The notes below the pieces were generated by a model. The model saw only the letters and a program-made list of their open reading frames with translations, was not told the DNA's origin and made no database searches. From the NCBI GenBank assembly GCA_013239625.1, contig MU054212.1:2294001-2358000 (forward strand): DNA of 64,000 nt, read 5' to 3'. Both the position numbers and the translations under genes were made by a program. This DNA is from Lama guanicoe. Its lineage: Eukaryota. This document shows, piece by piece, positions 37,901-51,578 of this stretch. How positions within the stretch are numbered: position 1 is the first letter of the stretch; each line of letters starts with the position of its first letter.

Positions 37901-38769
37901 AAGCGATAATCCTGCGATTTTTAAACTTCCACAATGAAAGCAGCTTTGGCTGGTAGTGACAAAAGAGTGTCCCCGATTGGGGAAACTTTCAGGAAATGTC
38001 CAGATGAGATTCTCCAAGAAGTGTCACCCAGGAAGAAGTCACTGAAGTTCTAATCGAGACAGCACCCACAGCACCGACTCCCGTTCCTGCACAGCAGGAT
38101 CTGACACCCTGCAGTCCAGGACGGTCGGTTCTACTGCCCCAGCCTCGCATACTCCTCAGGACCAAGCATCAGCTTGTTTACAGGTCCTACACCACCCAGC
38201 ACTTTTTTTTTATTTGTATACATAAGGGCGAAAGTGAACACTGGATCTAGCTCTCACCCCCAAGAAAGTAACCGTGTGGTTTCTTCTTCCAAGGCTGTAA
38301 CTGAGGGAAAGTTTCCCAACTTCTGAAGTGATAAGAATTCAAAATCAGTTTTGGGAATTGATTGGGAAACACCAGTCCCATTTCCAAGTGAAATAGACTA
38401 TTTTAAATTGAACTGGACTATTGTATACAGACACTCTGAGGTTTTGGTGTTTGTTTTCGGCTTTTTTGTTTAATTTTTTGTTTTGTTTTTTGTTGTGGTG
38501 GTGGTGGTTTTTTTGTTTTTCTGTGGCCATTCCTAATGAGAGCGAATGGGAAGAGAGGCCTACACAGAGAATACTGAATTTTCTAGGTGAGGTCTAACAT
38601 GATAGTACTATTAGTCATGTGGACCAAACAACACTTTTGAGCTTCCCTTTTTCCTGTTTTTATCTATGAATATTAAGTTGGCCAAAATATACAGGGGAAA
38701 AAAGTACACTCTGCATCAGTACAATGAGTTTTCCAGGAGCATAAATACCTCTAGAAGTACTGATTGTAT

Positions 38770-39130
38770 CTTCATTTTTCTAAAGTGCACCAAGCTCCAG
38801 CACACTGTAAGGCCACAGCACATGCTATTTCTTCTGCCTGGAACATTCCTCCATCTTAGCTTTAACCAGTTCGCTTCTGCTCCCTCTCCAGCCTCCAGCC
38901 CAGTAATCACTTATTTAGGGTTGCCTGATGGCTCCTTATCATATGCTCTCTCAAAATTATATCTCCTTGTTACTGCTTATCACAGGTACAGTTTTACATA
39001 ATTTGAGAAAGTCATCCCTTGATTAATGTCTCAAATGATACAGAGCTTAGAATGTAACAGACACCTGTATGCTGTACACATGGCCAATTTCCAGTCAGTT
39101 GTGTAGAGATACAGATATCAATAAATTCAC
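38770..39130 (+). mobile_element. L2 3' fragment
   Basis: L2 hallmark 'gcacatgctatttcttctgcctggaacattcctcc'. Confidence 0.55.
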
Positions 39131-42100
39131 AAATAATTTAAAGACCACTTTTTACCTAAGAGTTTCAGTCCCCTCCCTGTCTTCTCTCTCATCAATGTAC
39201 AAGTTAAAGAAAGTTGCAGAACTAACTCACCTGTGTTTTCTTTCTCTCTTTATCCCTACTTCATAGTGTCAGTTCCCCTAATGAACACTGAAATGGTCAC
39301 TAGCAACGAAGAGTAGAAAGATAGGATCCCCAGACTGGGGGATGAAAAGGGAATACCAATAGTCAGAGGAAGGCCAGCAATGCAATGTAATCAACTCCCA
39401 AGATAACTCCCAAGATTTGAGAGCTTGGCTTTTGATAGCACGGAGTAGAAGAGAATTTTCTTTCTATCCCCAGGTCCCCTCTTTACGTAAGAGTGTAGGG
39501 AATCTAGAGCCCTTTCACTTCTTTTCCAAGTAGATAGATAGGTAGACAAATAAGAAGACACAAAGCAGATAGTCAGAAAGATAAGTTGTCAATATCGTTA
39601 TATACTCCATGCACTTTTGTCCAAGTATAGCAGACGTTACATGGATTTTCAAATATTGTGGCCATGGCCTCTAAGAGCTGCCGCTTTCTTTTTTCTTAGC
39701 TTCACCGAGTCATTTTATTTTACCATAAAATCCATCTTTAGACATGCTGATACCTGATATTCCCACTGTCTACTCATCTGGGGCCAACAAATTGCTTTCC
39801 TGAGTATGACGCTTGATCCTACTGTTATGAAGCTGGAAACTGATGGAGAAGCATTAGCCTGCCAATGAGATGGGCAGTATCCCATAGACCACTCTGGTGG
39901 GCTATGTAGAACTTGTTCAGCTTCTCAAGGAGCTAAGATGATAACAGACCTGTTCTGATATTGGAGCTGCAAACCGCAAAGTACTGTAGAGGCTTACCAG
40001 AGCTCCAGGATGCAAAAGGTTTTCCATGAGAAGCAAACCCATTCCATTTGTGGCTTTTTCTAGTTTTGCACTATCAAGAAATGTATTTTTAAAAAACCTT
40101 TTCTGCAAAGCTGGCAAAAGCCACAAACTCGATACCTTAGGTTTACGTGTAAAACGTGATGCCCAATTCAGGTTAGACTTTGTACTGCATTAGCTAATGC
40201 AAAAGAACTTCTTCCAAGAAGTTCCCAGGTCAACCAGTTTAACCTTCACATTTCAAACACACTTTGATTTGAGACCTCAGCAAAACATTCACAAAGTGCT
40301 GAATAGCTAGGTAATCGCTGAATTCAAATCTTAAAATATTTAAATGTTGCATTGCCCCCATCCCAACACTCCGGATAAGCTCTCATGAAAATCATGGGCC
40401 CAAATTGACAGTTGGTTCCATTAGTGCCATAGAGGCAAGTTCATATCATAGGAATAGAAAACAATTCAGGTTAGACTCATTCGCTCAGCTGTGACATGAT
40501 AAAAGGCCTACAGAACAAAGGATCTCCAAGAAGAAAATTTACTCCTGGAAAAGGCTGACGGGCTTTAAATTAGGATGAGGGGGCAAGTTGTAAATCTCAT
40601 TTATAAGAAAACCTCCAACAGGCCTCCTTGGCTGTTCTGTGACCCACATTAGATTCTGAAATCTCCATGAGTGTTGATCCTCACACTGGTTCTCCTACAG
40701 TCAGTTTTCCTGTCTATAGACTGGGTTTCATTGGATTTTCTAGGCTTTTTTTGCCTTCTTTTCCATGGTGACTGAAGCTGAGCCTGTCAAAGGATCACAA
40801 CGCTCCACTCTTGCAGCACCTGGGGTGACTACACTTGTAGGGTAAGTAGACACATTCTCGTTATCTTGTGTATAATCTGTGAGGTCTAAGTTGGATTATT
40901 TGCTGTGAAAATTTAAGGTATTATTATTTTTAGTAACAACATAATTGAGGAATGTATAAGAAACATCTGAGAATTTACTGGTCTTTCCCTATCAACCGTT
41001 ACTTGTGATTCGATGAGTTTTTTTTTTTAAATCTTAGAAAGAGTAATAGTAGAAGACTTTTAAAATATCTCTTCTTTATGTCCCAGCATATCATTAAGCT
41101 TTGGATTCACAGAAGCAAAATGGCCTTAGATGATGAAGATATAGATTATGGACTGAGGGCTACATAATTAAACATGTAAGATATCAAGGTAAAGTACCAG
41201 AATACATAAAGAGGATAATTTCTTTAGTCAGCAAATGGGCAATAACAGGAAAAGAATTTTTGTCTTGGGATAGTGAGCAGTTGTATAAACATATGATGCA
41301 AAGGCTTTTTCAAATAGACATAACATTGCCATATGTTCCATCCAAAAACTGCAGAGGGACTTGGGAAAATCAGAATGATTTAAGATCACCTATACACATC
41401 TCTGCCACCATTTGGTTAGCTGAGCCCACGCAGCTAAAAGTAAGGAGTGTAGTTAAAGAGGGACACGTTGAGAGACCATAGTGTGCCCCAGAGATTTTTG
41501 TGTTAAGATAAAGAAAGCCATCAAACATCACCGACAAACTGCTGCTTCCCTTAAGACATGATAAAACGTGTGCACTACCCCTGGGGCCTCTACAGAGCTC
41601 ATGGAACACTGTCCTCCAGGTTCAGGCAGAAGCTGCTAAACATGGCAAGAGGGGTTTAGACTATGGGGAGCATATGGGTTTGCCCTTCTTCAGTTTTTAG
41701 CTCTGAGAAAGAGATGATGTTGCCAGGGTGTTAAAGGACCGGTACAGTAAATAGATCATCCTGCACAAAGAGAAGGCAGCCTACTAAGGCAGAACCTCTA
41801 TGCCAAAGACAACTGTGTCTGCATAATATCAAATCAGCCAATCTAAGGGTGAAAAATTCAACATGCACACTGTTTTGTCTACATCACCTAGCCAGTGTGT
41901 TTGCTTTTGCTTTATAACTGAAGGGAACAATTGTTTTGGCATCATGTAGGCACAGACGTCATGTCAATAATTGGCAACCCAAAGACAAGTCATTGTATGT
42001 CTGTAGTATAGACCACCACTCTCCATTTCATAGACTGAGGGGGAAAATCAGATTGATGTAGGAAGCCAATGATATTAACAGCAGTGTGGATTCCCATGGC

Positions 42101-42564
42101 CAATCTGCTCTGCAGAGCTGGCTGCATTCATCTTGACATGGTCCCATTTATTCCGTAAGATGACCAGCAGTGATTCTTCTGAAAGTTGCTTTTCCTCCAT
42201 TCAGAGGATCATCTCCTTTAATACTTTTATTTTTATTTTTTATTGTCCAATTCTTTAACAAAGAGGACAAGGTGGGGGAGTTTCCTGGCCAGAATTTATC
42301 AGATTGCCCTTAAAGCTTTAATTAACCTGGTGATTCCTTACACATGCCAGTTCAATTTGCCTCTATTGCTATCTCCAGAGTCTTTTCTCAAGAATAAAAT
42401 CAAAGCCTGTAGCATTTAAAATTACCCAACCGTAAGAACATAAATAACACTACAGTGAATCAAACCAAGCTACTCAGAATTACATCCCTGATGTTCTCAC
42501 TCGTACATGCATGCATTCTCTTGCTTGTTTTTTCATTCTGCATGGCACGTGGTGGACTCTTAAT

Positions 42565-43112
42565 TTGAAGTCTTTCTTCCAGCTTGGAAATCCTTAGAAC
42601 TATTTCTTCCTGTACTGACTCCCCTGCATGATCCCAATTCTAGTTTTTCTTCAAGTCCTACTTGATGAGTGGTCAAACCCCCACTTCTCCCCTTCATATC
42701 TCTGAAATTTTTTACTTTTCATCTTTTAATGTCTGTGGGCTACATTCAGAGGCTACCTCCCCCTCACTTAAACTCACTGATTCATTGTCTGGTGTATCCA
42801 GTATTGTCACTCAGCCCACTCAATGAATTTTTTATTTCAACAGTCACGTTTTTCATTTCTAAGAAACTGTAACTGCCAGATCTTGTTTCCTAAGCACCTC
42901 TTGTAGTTTAATAATCTCCTGTTCATGTATCATGTTTGCAAAAACCTCCTTTATCTCTCTGATGATATTGAATATTCTTGTACCATTTCGGGATTGTTTA
43001 TATTCTCATTCTTTGGGTCTATAAATTTTCTATTTACGGTATTAGTAGTCTGTCTTTCTGAGGATGGTGAGGCGTTCACGATCCTCAGATACTAGGTAAT
43101 TCCTGGTTATCC
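42565..43112 (-). mobile_element. HAL1/L1 ORF1-region fragment
   Basis: 'cccactcaatgaattttttatttcaacagtcacgtttttcatttctaagaa', 'tttatctctctgatgatatt' and 'tcagatactaggtaattcctggttatcc' resemble antisense HAL1. Confidence 0.6.
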
Positions 43113-43114
43113 AC

Positions 43115-43558
43115 CGCCTTAGTTTTCGGTCTCCTCAAAACAGAGCCTGAGAAAGTGGTGAAAAATAGTTTATTTAAAAAGAATCCCAAAAAGCACAAGC
43201 CAAGGTGCTAAGATAGTGAGCTCAGTAAACAAGAGCCAATATAAGGGAGCAAGTAGCAATTTCTCAGTTCACCCAAGACCTCTGAGAAACATATAGAACC
43301 CTGTCAGAATGGTTTGCAAGAAGACCCCCATCCCCCATTAGTTGAGGGCTGCCCCTTGGAGTGCTGACTGCCTCCCATTTTTGGACCATATTTGCCTATG
43401 AGGCAAAGGAGTTTCCACAGTGTTGGAGACAGCCCTGGGGCATAAAGCAGAGAAGACATGCACTTAAGACTGGACCTGCTCAGTGTGTGTCCAGACATGC
43501 ATGAAACTCTATGAAGCTAATGCAGCTAAATTAGAGGTGGCCACAAGGATCTGCTGCA
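43115..43558 (-). mobile_element. Solo ERVL LTR (LTR40/LTR41-like)
   Basis: 'cagagcctgaga...tagtttattt...atcccaaaaagcac...cccattagttgagggctgcccc...atctgctgca' follows the recalled consensus, with AATAAA on the minus strand. Confidence 0.7.
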
Positions 43559-44215
43559 AACACATGTACGAGAAAGAATTCTCCAGTATGTATCCTGGGT
43601 TGTGATAGCTCCTGACAGAGTGACTTTTCTGCAGGAGTGGACTTTGAGCAATGACTTCAATCTGAAGCCTTCAGTAGCAGCATCTGACTCAGCTGGGCAT
43701 GAGGGCTGCCCATCTCCTGCCATCTCTTCAGAGTGCCTCTTTTTTTCTAGTCTACAGAGAGTTTTCATTCTTCTTTTTAGGAAAGGCTATAAATACTTTA
43801 TATTTCTAATTTTTTAATAACATCTTACAAGAGAGAAAGACTTCTACCTGTGCTCAGTTGTCTGCCTAACGTGTAAATTAGCCTCTTCATTGCCTGTCTT
43901 AAAGTGTCACTTGCAAGATCACAGAGGGTCCCTCATTTTCCAGCAATCTTGGATTTAGCAAACACATCCACATTCACAACATCGGTTTCTACCTGGTTTC
44001 ACTAACGTTTCCCTCCCCTCCATCATCTCAGTGAAATTCAAAATAGTAATCATTGGAGGTGATACCCTTATCCTTTGAAAAAGCTCTGTGAGCACTGGTT
44101 AGCGCCAGTCCATTTGAGCCCTTCCACACCCAGCAACTTAGAAACCTTCATCTGTTAAACACCTGATGTGATTGCTCTTTCCCACCACATAGATCACTCT
44201 GAGTCATTACCATGT

Positions 44216-44618
44216 TGTATTAGTTTGCCCGGGGCTGTCATAATGACAAAGTACCACAGACTGGGGGGCTTAAACATCAGAAATTGATTTTCTCACAGTT
44301 CTGGAGCTTGGGCGTCCCATATCAGGGTGTCAGTAGGCTTGGCATCCTCTGAGGCCTCTCCCCTTGGCTTGCAGGTGGCCACCTTCTTGTTGTGTCCTCA
44401 CATGGTCTTCCCTCTGTACCTGTCCTGTCTTAGTCTCCTCTTCCCACAAGGACACCAGTCACACAGGATTAAGGCCTACCCTATGACCACATTTCAACTT
44501 AATTATCTCTTTTAAAAATCCTACCTTGAAATACAATCACATTCTGATTATTTTAGGGGATAGGACTTCAACATATGAATTTGATGGAGGATGGGGGACA
44601 CAACTCAGCCCCACAACA
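44216..44618 (-). mobile_element. Solo MaLR LTR (MLT1B-like)
   Basis: About 400 bp with TG...CA ends: 'tgtattagtttgccc...caaagtaccacagactggggggcttaaaca...ttctcacagttctggag...gacttcaacatatgaatttg...gacacaactcagccccacaaca'. Confidence 0.92.
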
Positions 44619-44924
44619 TTTTCTATTACGAATTCTCCAGATTTTACTTCCACATTTTTCAAATGCAATGAAATACTGTTTCAGGCCCTTTTACCTTAAA
44701 CATGGGGAGTTGCCATTGCTATAGACTTTAAAATCATGGGGTTTTTTTCCCTCTAATTTTTACTAGAAAAACATTTCTAATCATCTCTTTGAGTGTGCAG
44801 AAAGGAACACAAAACCATATAATAAACTGAGAGAGTAAAATCTTTAGGTCAAATCTAAATACAGCAAAACCTTAATAATATTCTACAACTTAAGTGAGAA
44901 GATAAACCAAGTTGTAGAATACTT

Positions 44925-45770
44925 TTAATTAATTTATTTTTTAAACTCATATATACACATCATTTAAAAAACTAATCAAACAGTTCAAAGGGATCTAGAA
45001 TGTAAAGAAAGTCTTCCTCCCACCTCAATCCTCAGTTCCCAGCTATCCTTCCCAGAGGCAACCACTATTAGCTGTTTCTTAATTATCACTCCAGAGATAT
45101 TCTATGGGAATGCAAACATGTATATTAATGCACCTTTTTTGCTTTGTACAGTTGAGGTATACTTTGTATATATTTCACATTGTGCTTTTTCCACTTAACA
45201 GTCTTCACAATTATTCTGCATCACAGCACAAAGATACACCTAATTATTTTCAAAGGTCGAATAATTTTTTGTTGTATGAATGTACAAATAACTTTTAGCC
45301 TTATCTACTGATGAACATGTAGTTTTGTTCCAGCCTTTTGCTACCATCAATAATGCCATAGTGAATAGCCTTCTTTATACAACTTTGTACTTGATATACA
45401 TAAGTACACTTGAAGGACAAATTTCTACCAGAAGAACTGCAAGTTCAAATGTTATGTGTATTTTTAATCTTGAAGTACATTGAGAAATTTTCCTTCAAAG
45501 AGTTTGTATCAACCTGGAATCCTACCAACAACATTGCATTGAATACTTACTTCTGCATAACATGTTAATACAGATTATTATCAAACTTTTGAAACTTGCC
45601 GATTTGGTGGGTAAGATAGTGCTATATCATTATTTTTTTTATTTGCATTTTCCTAATTATGGGTGAGGTTGAGCATCTTTTCTTATACTTGAGAACATTT
45701 GTATCTGTTTTTGAAAAGCCATTTTCTTACAGTCTTTTTCCATTTATTAATTGTTTTTCTTTTATTAACT
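44925..45770 (-). mobile_element. LINE-1 3' end (L1ME-like)
   Basis: 'ccttcccagaggcaaccactattagctgtttctt', 'ctactgatgaacatgtagttttgttccagccttttgcta' and 'atttgcattttcctaattatgggtgaggttgagcatcttttc'. Confidence 0.85.
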
Positions 45771-45949
45771 ACAAAATAGATCTTAAATAACCATAGGAAA
45801 GTGTTTATTATTTCTAGAACAAGCATCTGATGAACAATGTAAGTTTCTAGGTCTGCATACATGTCCTAAGTCTGCCTTGATAATCAAATATCAGGGAATA
45901 ATGGAGGCATCACAAGGTAAGGAGTCTTAGTTCTACTACTGCAGCTAAA

Positions 45950-46575
45950 AAGCATTTTAATCATCTGAATAAATGAAGTTATACCGTGTTCACTGATGGA
46001 GTGACTTAACAGTAAAGATGTCAATCCTCCCCCAACTGATCTCCATGTGCAATGCAATTTCAATAAAAATTTCTAGCAGAAATTTTTAGGAATTCTACAA
46101 ATTTATTCTAAAATGTTTGTAGAAGAATAAAAACACACAAATAGCCAAGTCAATTAAGAGGATCAAGGAAAAATTAGCATGCTCTATCTTAGAGTAATTT
46201 ATCTAAAAAGCTTTCATAAGAAAAACAATATAAAAGTAAAAGAAAATTGATCAATAGAACATAAAAGTTCTCAGAAAAAGTAAGAAAATTACATATTGTT
46301 TAGAAAATAACATAGGGAAAATTCATGCACTCTATAGAGAAAAATAATCTTGAATTTCTATATACACTATATTCAAAGTGGATGCCAAATGGAATATAGT
46401 TCTTAAAAAGAAAGGTAAAACTATAAAGCTAATAGAAGAAAATGTACAGAACGTGTTTGAAACTTAGGGGTAGGGAAGGACTTCTTAAAATAGATGCCCA
46501 AACAGAAAAATGTCTAGATGTCTATAAAATAAATAACATTGCAAACAAAGTTAATGAACAGACCACTGGATTTCT
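45950..46575 (+). mobile_element. Old L1 ORF2 fragment
   Basis: 'aaagatgtcaatcctcccccaactgatct...aatgcaatttcaataaaaatt' and 'aaaactataaagctaatagaagaaaatgta...ggtagggaaggacttctta'. Confidence 0.75.
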
Positions 46576-47249
46576 AAAATTTTGCTAATATGATTAGTCT
46601 TTGAATCTTCATAATGTCTACCTCATACTCTCTTAAGCACATGTCTTACCATGGCTTCCAACATACTACTTCTTCCTATATCAAGTCAAGTTGCCATAAT
46701 ATCACTATTGTGTTCTGCAGGACATCTGGACAGTCCAAGTCTGTTCAAACTATGACAAAGGGATGGACTATTAACATATGTCACTTACAGAATGCAGACT
46801 AAATAAATATTGTTTTCTCTTCCAAGTAAATGCAAACTGTTTTTGATCCACCTTTCTGATCGAGGTGAAAAAGAATGCACCGCCAGATCAAAGGCTGCAT
46901 CTTACACTCCTGAGGTCATCTTAATTTGCTCTAGAAGAGATACCACATGTGGCACTGCAGATACAATTGGGCTACACTTGGTTGCACTTGCAGAAGTCTA
47001 TTGTAATTCTTCAGGTTCCATCTGGCTTTTGTAGGTGCCAGACTTGTGAATTAAACGGAGATATGATAGGGACCACCTCTGAATTGTTTAGGTCCCTAAT
47101 CGAGACACAAATCTCTACCACTCACTAACCCCTAAGGTTGCATTTTTAATTTAATTATTATTTTAATGAGGTGAGAAGTCTCACAGCATAGCTTTCCCCA
47201 CTATGATAGCTCTTACCACACAGAAAAGGGAACCAAGACCGGGTTCTGC

Positions 47250-48041
47250 CAACTCCCTGGCTGCCGCTCTGATCTGTCACTCATCACAACAATCACATCT
47301 GACTTGCTTCTGATGGTTAAGTGCAACCACGTCAGTGTCTCCGACCCAGGCATCTCATGCCTTCGTTATTCTGAGATTCTATTATCCTTATTACTCTCAG
47401 TGACTCCAGTTCTAGTTATCTGTTTTGCCAAGTAGAGTGCTAGCCTCGAACATGAAGGAGTGGGCCACTTCAAGGTTTTTAAGAGCGTCAACTGAGGTAT
47501 TTCAAGGTCCCATTCTTTCCCAATCTGTGCCCTGGTTTTGGCACAGTAGACTTGGCTAGGTTGAGGCTTAAAACTTCTCTGGAGTTTTTTTTTCTCTCTC
47601 ATGTTTAAGCCCTGGGTCTAGGTTTCGCTTTTTTCTGCTCTCCAGCAGCCAAAAAGTCCTTGATTTCATATCCGGCCTTTTTTACCAGGCCTATGTTGAT
47701 TAACCATACTCAACCATTCATTATTTTTTTTCTAAAGCACCAGACTCCCCTAGCAATAGCCACCTAATTTCACTGTTCACATGATTATCATTTGCCCTCT
47801 ATTTATTAAATGTTGGATACATTGCACCTACCAGTGCATTTCTCTTCATTAGTACACCATTGTAGTTGGTGACTGATGAAAGTTTTAACAACTTCACTGC
47901 TACCTTTTTCAGGGTCAGACTAGTCCTGATCCACCTACCACGAGTGTGGGGTCCTCAATGCCAACCAGCCAAAGGGTGATCCAGCCCTAGAACCCTCTCC
48001 TAGAGTGTGCTTTCTCAAACCACCCCATTCTTGGCACCAGC
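47250..48041 (-). mobile_element. ERVL internal remnant (leader, PBS and decayed gag; ERV3-16A3-like)
   Basis: ORF 47366-47602 contains 'LQRSFKPQPSQVYCAKTRAQIGKEWDLE', resembling the ERVL gag motif 'LQ..LNSQP.QVS..KVRALIGKEWDPE'. A tRNA-Leu-like PBS (TGGTGCCAAGAATGGGGTG, minus strand, 48021-48039) abuts the LTR. Confidence 0.8.
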
Positions 48042-48477
48042 TGTTGCAGATTATGTACCCAAGAGAGTAAATTCCATGATGGGCATTAGCAAGAAGAAAG
48101 TTTATTAAGAGGGCGTTCTCAAAATCAACACATGTGAAGGAAAGGAAGGAAGCAGGATTAAACAGAGGGAGAAAACGGGATGAAATGGAGTCTCAGCAAA
48201 AGCTTCATCTGACCCCACAGAGAAGTGGGCTGGTCCTTCTGAGTTGTCCCATGTTATGGTACAGCAGCTGGGCCTATACTCCCAAATAAATTAGTTACTG
48301 GATATAGACTGCTTCTGGAAAGGGCTCATAAATTTGGACAAGGCAGCTCTCTTCTTCCAAGGATAACTCCTGAAGAGGGCTGACAGCTGGGAGCCATCAA
48401 CCAGGAGCATTCCCAGTTCAAGGAACAAGTCCATTCCTGAAGGAGGATCTGGGCAGTACATCTCAGCATCCACTACA
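48042..48477 (-). mobile_element. ERVL 5' LTR (LTR16 family)
   Basis: The minus strand starts TGTAGTGGATGCTGAGATGTACTGCCCAGATCCTCCTTCAGGAATG, contains CAGCTGTCAGCCCTCTTC and AATAAA, and ends ...GCAACA just before the PBS. Confidence 0.85.
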
Positions 48478-48484
48478 CACTACA

Positions 48485-48990
48485 GAAAAAGATGTACACG
48501 TTCACCAATAATCAGATAAACAGAAAGTTAAACAATTAGTTACCTCTTACAGCCATCAGATTGTCAGAGAAGTGGGGAAACAGGATGTGAAGGAAATACT
48601 ACTGATAGGAATATAAGTACAGATATGCTACAAACAATTCATCAGTCCCTAACAACATTAAGTAAAATACACCTTCTAACCCAGAAATCCCATAAAACCC
48701 TCACACAGGTCTGTAAAGTTACACGAATAAGGATACTCATCACCATGCTGTTTGTGATAAAGGGGATTAGGAATAAGTTATTTTATGTTATTATATATAA
48801 TGAAGCATTTAGAAGCAACAAACTAAATATGCACAAGGAAACATGAGAAGATGTTTTAAAAAAAAGAACAACAGAGGATTAAGTGAAAAATATTTTAAAA
48901 GAGCAAAGACTATTAACATCATTTCTGCAAATGAACAACACAAACCACACCACGTATTTTATAATACACATATCCATACACTCAAGGGCA
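48485..48990 (+). mobile_element. Old L1 (L1ME-like) 3' fragment, possibly continuing the 45950-46575 piece
   Basis: 'aaaagatgtacacgttcaccaataatcaga', 'acagccatcagattg' and 'aaggatactcatcaccatgctgtttgtgata'. Confidence 0.6.
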
Positions 48991-49289
48991 TTAGAGTAAG
49001 AGGAAAGCGGGGCAGGGAAATGGGAATCAAGGAAAAAAGGTGAAAAAATAAATCAAAAAAAAAAAAAAGAGGAGTCTTGCATGCATGAACCAATGATTAA
49101 CTCAATCTTTTGCACCTGAGGTCCAAAATGAGACCAACTACAGTAAATATACTTAACAATTTGGTACAAATTTGTCCTTATGCAAGTCTGAAATTCAAAA
49201 TTCAATGGGAAGAAAGTCAAGTTGGTTTGTTCCTAGAAAAATTCTCTCCCGTTGGAAAGACACCTCACAAAGTTTTATGCTTAGAATGA

Positions 49290-49430
49290 CACAGCTTCCT
49301 GCCTATTTAGACACCTAGTTCCTAGAATACAGTAGGTATTCTATAAATGTTGAGTGAATGAATAAAGTGAATAAATATGTAAATGAGTGAATGGAATGAT
49401 CAAGCATACATTTGAATAAATAATTAAATG
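49290..49430 (+). mobile_element. L2 3' tail
   Basis: 'cctagttcctagaatacagtaggtattctataaatgttgagtgaatgaat'. Confidence 0.6.
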
Positions 49431-50117
49431 AAGGCAAGAGGGCAGCAAAAGGTGCCAGATTAAACCACATTCTGGAAAGCAAACTAACCAACCAATCCTG
49501 GAGCCAAAAGTAGTCTCTGTGTAAAGGACACAGAAGAGATAGGAAGTCATCCTAGCTCCTCTGTGAGATGGTGCAGCCTGGATCTCTGCTAGACGCCAGT
49601 GAAAGCCACTTATAAAAGGTTATTATTTGCCTCTTCAACAGACTAATAGATTCCTTCTTTATCTTTATTTTCTAGAAGAAGAAAAGAAACTTGAGCACCT
49701 CACTCTTCTCAATCCTCACTCCAACAAGGAGAGAGGAAAAGCCTTTGCTACATCATAACACACCTTCTCAGGAGAACACAAGGCTCTGCTAGACTGTCTT
49801 CTGATCTGTCAGTCATCTTTCACTCACTCACTCCAAGCTCCTCCCTTCCATGCTTATCCCACCACACATTACTTAGTTTTGCCTTCCTCTCCAACTAACC
49901 CACCTTTCATAGCGCCCAAAGATTGTCTACTAGAAAGAGCATATTAAAATCAGCCAGCCAGCCTCATAAAAAATCAGTAGGAACTGGAAATAGAAATTGC
50001 TGTTCCCTTTACAAGGACCAAGCCCAAGAAGAGTTCTCCTGAAAATTCCCAAGGGCTGCCCAGGGCAGTATCCTGGCCCCTCTTCTGATCTAGGCTCTCT
50101 GCTTCTCCTAGGATACT

Positions 50118-50428
50118 GGTTGGTTTCCAAAATAATACACTGGGATGCAAGAGGAAAATATTAGAACTTCTTTTTACATTTAGTTTATCTCTTATTTTAA
50201 GTCTATATTTGTATATGCTTTATTTAATATGCTATATTATTACTGTGATATATAGATATATAACTTGTATAACATATAGATATATAACTTATAGACAAGT
50301 ATATATAACTTATAAACAAGTAAATATATATAATATACATGTACATGTATTTATATACACATACACACACAAAGGATCCTCAAACAATTGTACTAACGGG
50401 GCTAGATCCTAAAGTTCTGAAAGCTGTG
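50118..50428. mobile_element. hAT-Charlie MITE (MER112-like) with an expanded TA-rich centre
   Basis: 'cactgggatgcaagaggaaaatattagaacttctttttacatttagtttatctc' and 'ctcaaacaattgtactaacgggg...aaagttctgaaagctgtg'. Confidence 0.6.
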
Positions 50429-51469
50429 CCCTTGGTCTTCCGAGCTGGGACGGATCCTCGTCCTGTTCCTCCTCCCAGTTGGCCAGGGGCCATCTGACTT
50501 GCTCCTGCCAGCTCTATTCTTCAGCCTTTTTATTGTTTGTCTTTGCCTTGGTTCTAGACCAAATTCCTACAAAGTCCCTCCTTATTTGGGCCCACAGCCA
50601 ATTCCGTCTGTTATTAAAGTTCTTGTCTATGCCCCAGACTGAAAGATCTTTGGTTCTCAATGTTCTTTCTGTGCCTACAATGGACCTGCAGGGCCTCCCT
50701 TGGGGCTTGGCCTCTGATCCCCAGCTGTAGCTAAGTGGACACAGAGAAGGCTGTTAGGGAGCCCAGATCTGCTCTTACTCTCCTTTGCTCCAACTAGCGT
50801 CCCCCTAAGTCCTCTGCTCATTTTACTGATTTCCTCACTGTTTCCAGTATGCAGCAAAGGGAAATACTGTAACCCTCTCCTGAGGGGAATGTCCCTTCCT
50901 CTCTTCTAGAAGCTCTCTTCTTTCTAGATTTTATCGATGTAATCATCTGTAATATGAGCATCATAGACTAGACAACAAATTGTCTTCTGCTACGTAGCGT
51001 AAGTAAAATCTAGGTAGAATATTGACGTTCACATATAAGGCAGATTCTATTTTAATGATTTAAAAAAGGAAGGGAAAGAAAATCTAAATAATATAGAAGC
51101 CAATACAAATCAGAACCAACTATTACAGATTGAATCAAAGTAATGAAAAGTAAGTGCCAGTATGAGTGCAAAACTTGAGAATCTGAAAGTGGCACCTAGC
51201 TCATAATAGATGTTCAATAAATATTGATTATTCTGGATTGAACATTATTCATTCAAAGCAGAAAAATGGTCTTTTCCTTTATACATTACTTATGACTGTA
51301 TTTTCATGAAAAAAAAAAGATCCATGAATGTGTCTCCTATGATTTTCTTATAATTAGCCAAGGAGCACATAACAAAATCAGATTTGTGTGAATTGAACCC
51401 CTTCCCACATGAGCAGTGAGGGCGGAATTCTGGCAAGATATAGAAGCAGTATATATGTGGCTTGAAAAA

Positions 51470-51578
51470 ACATTTCATTTATTGTCAAAACTGGGACACT
51501 TTTGAAAGCAAAAAGAGATATAAATGCTATGGTATTATGGGATTGTCCCAAGCAAACTAGACATCATACTGTCATCCT
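51470..51578. mobile_element. MER94-like (hAT-Blackjack) MITE
   Basis: 'atttattgtcaaaactgggacacttttgaaagc...gggattgtcccaagcaaactagacat...gtcatccta'. Confidence 0.7.

Noticed and set aside
39393..39416. Tandem AACTCCCAAGAT x2 (similar short doublets at about 2724 and 57315)
   Set aside because: Ordinary slippage duplications of two copies. Not an array and not CRISPR-like.
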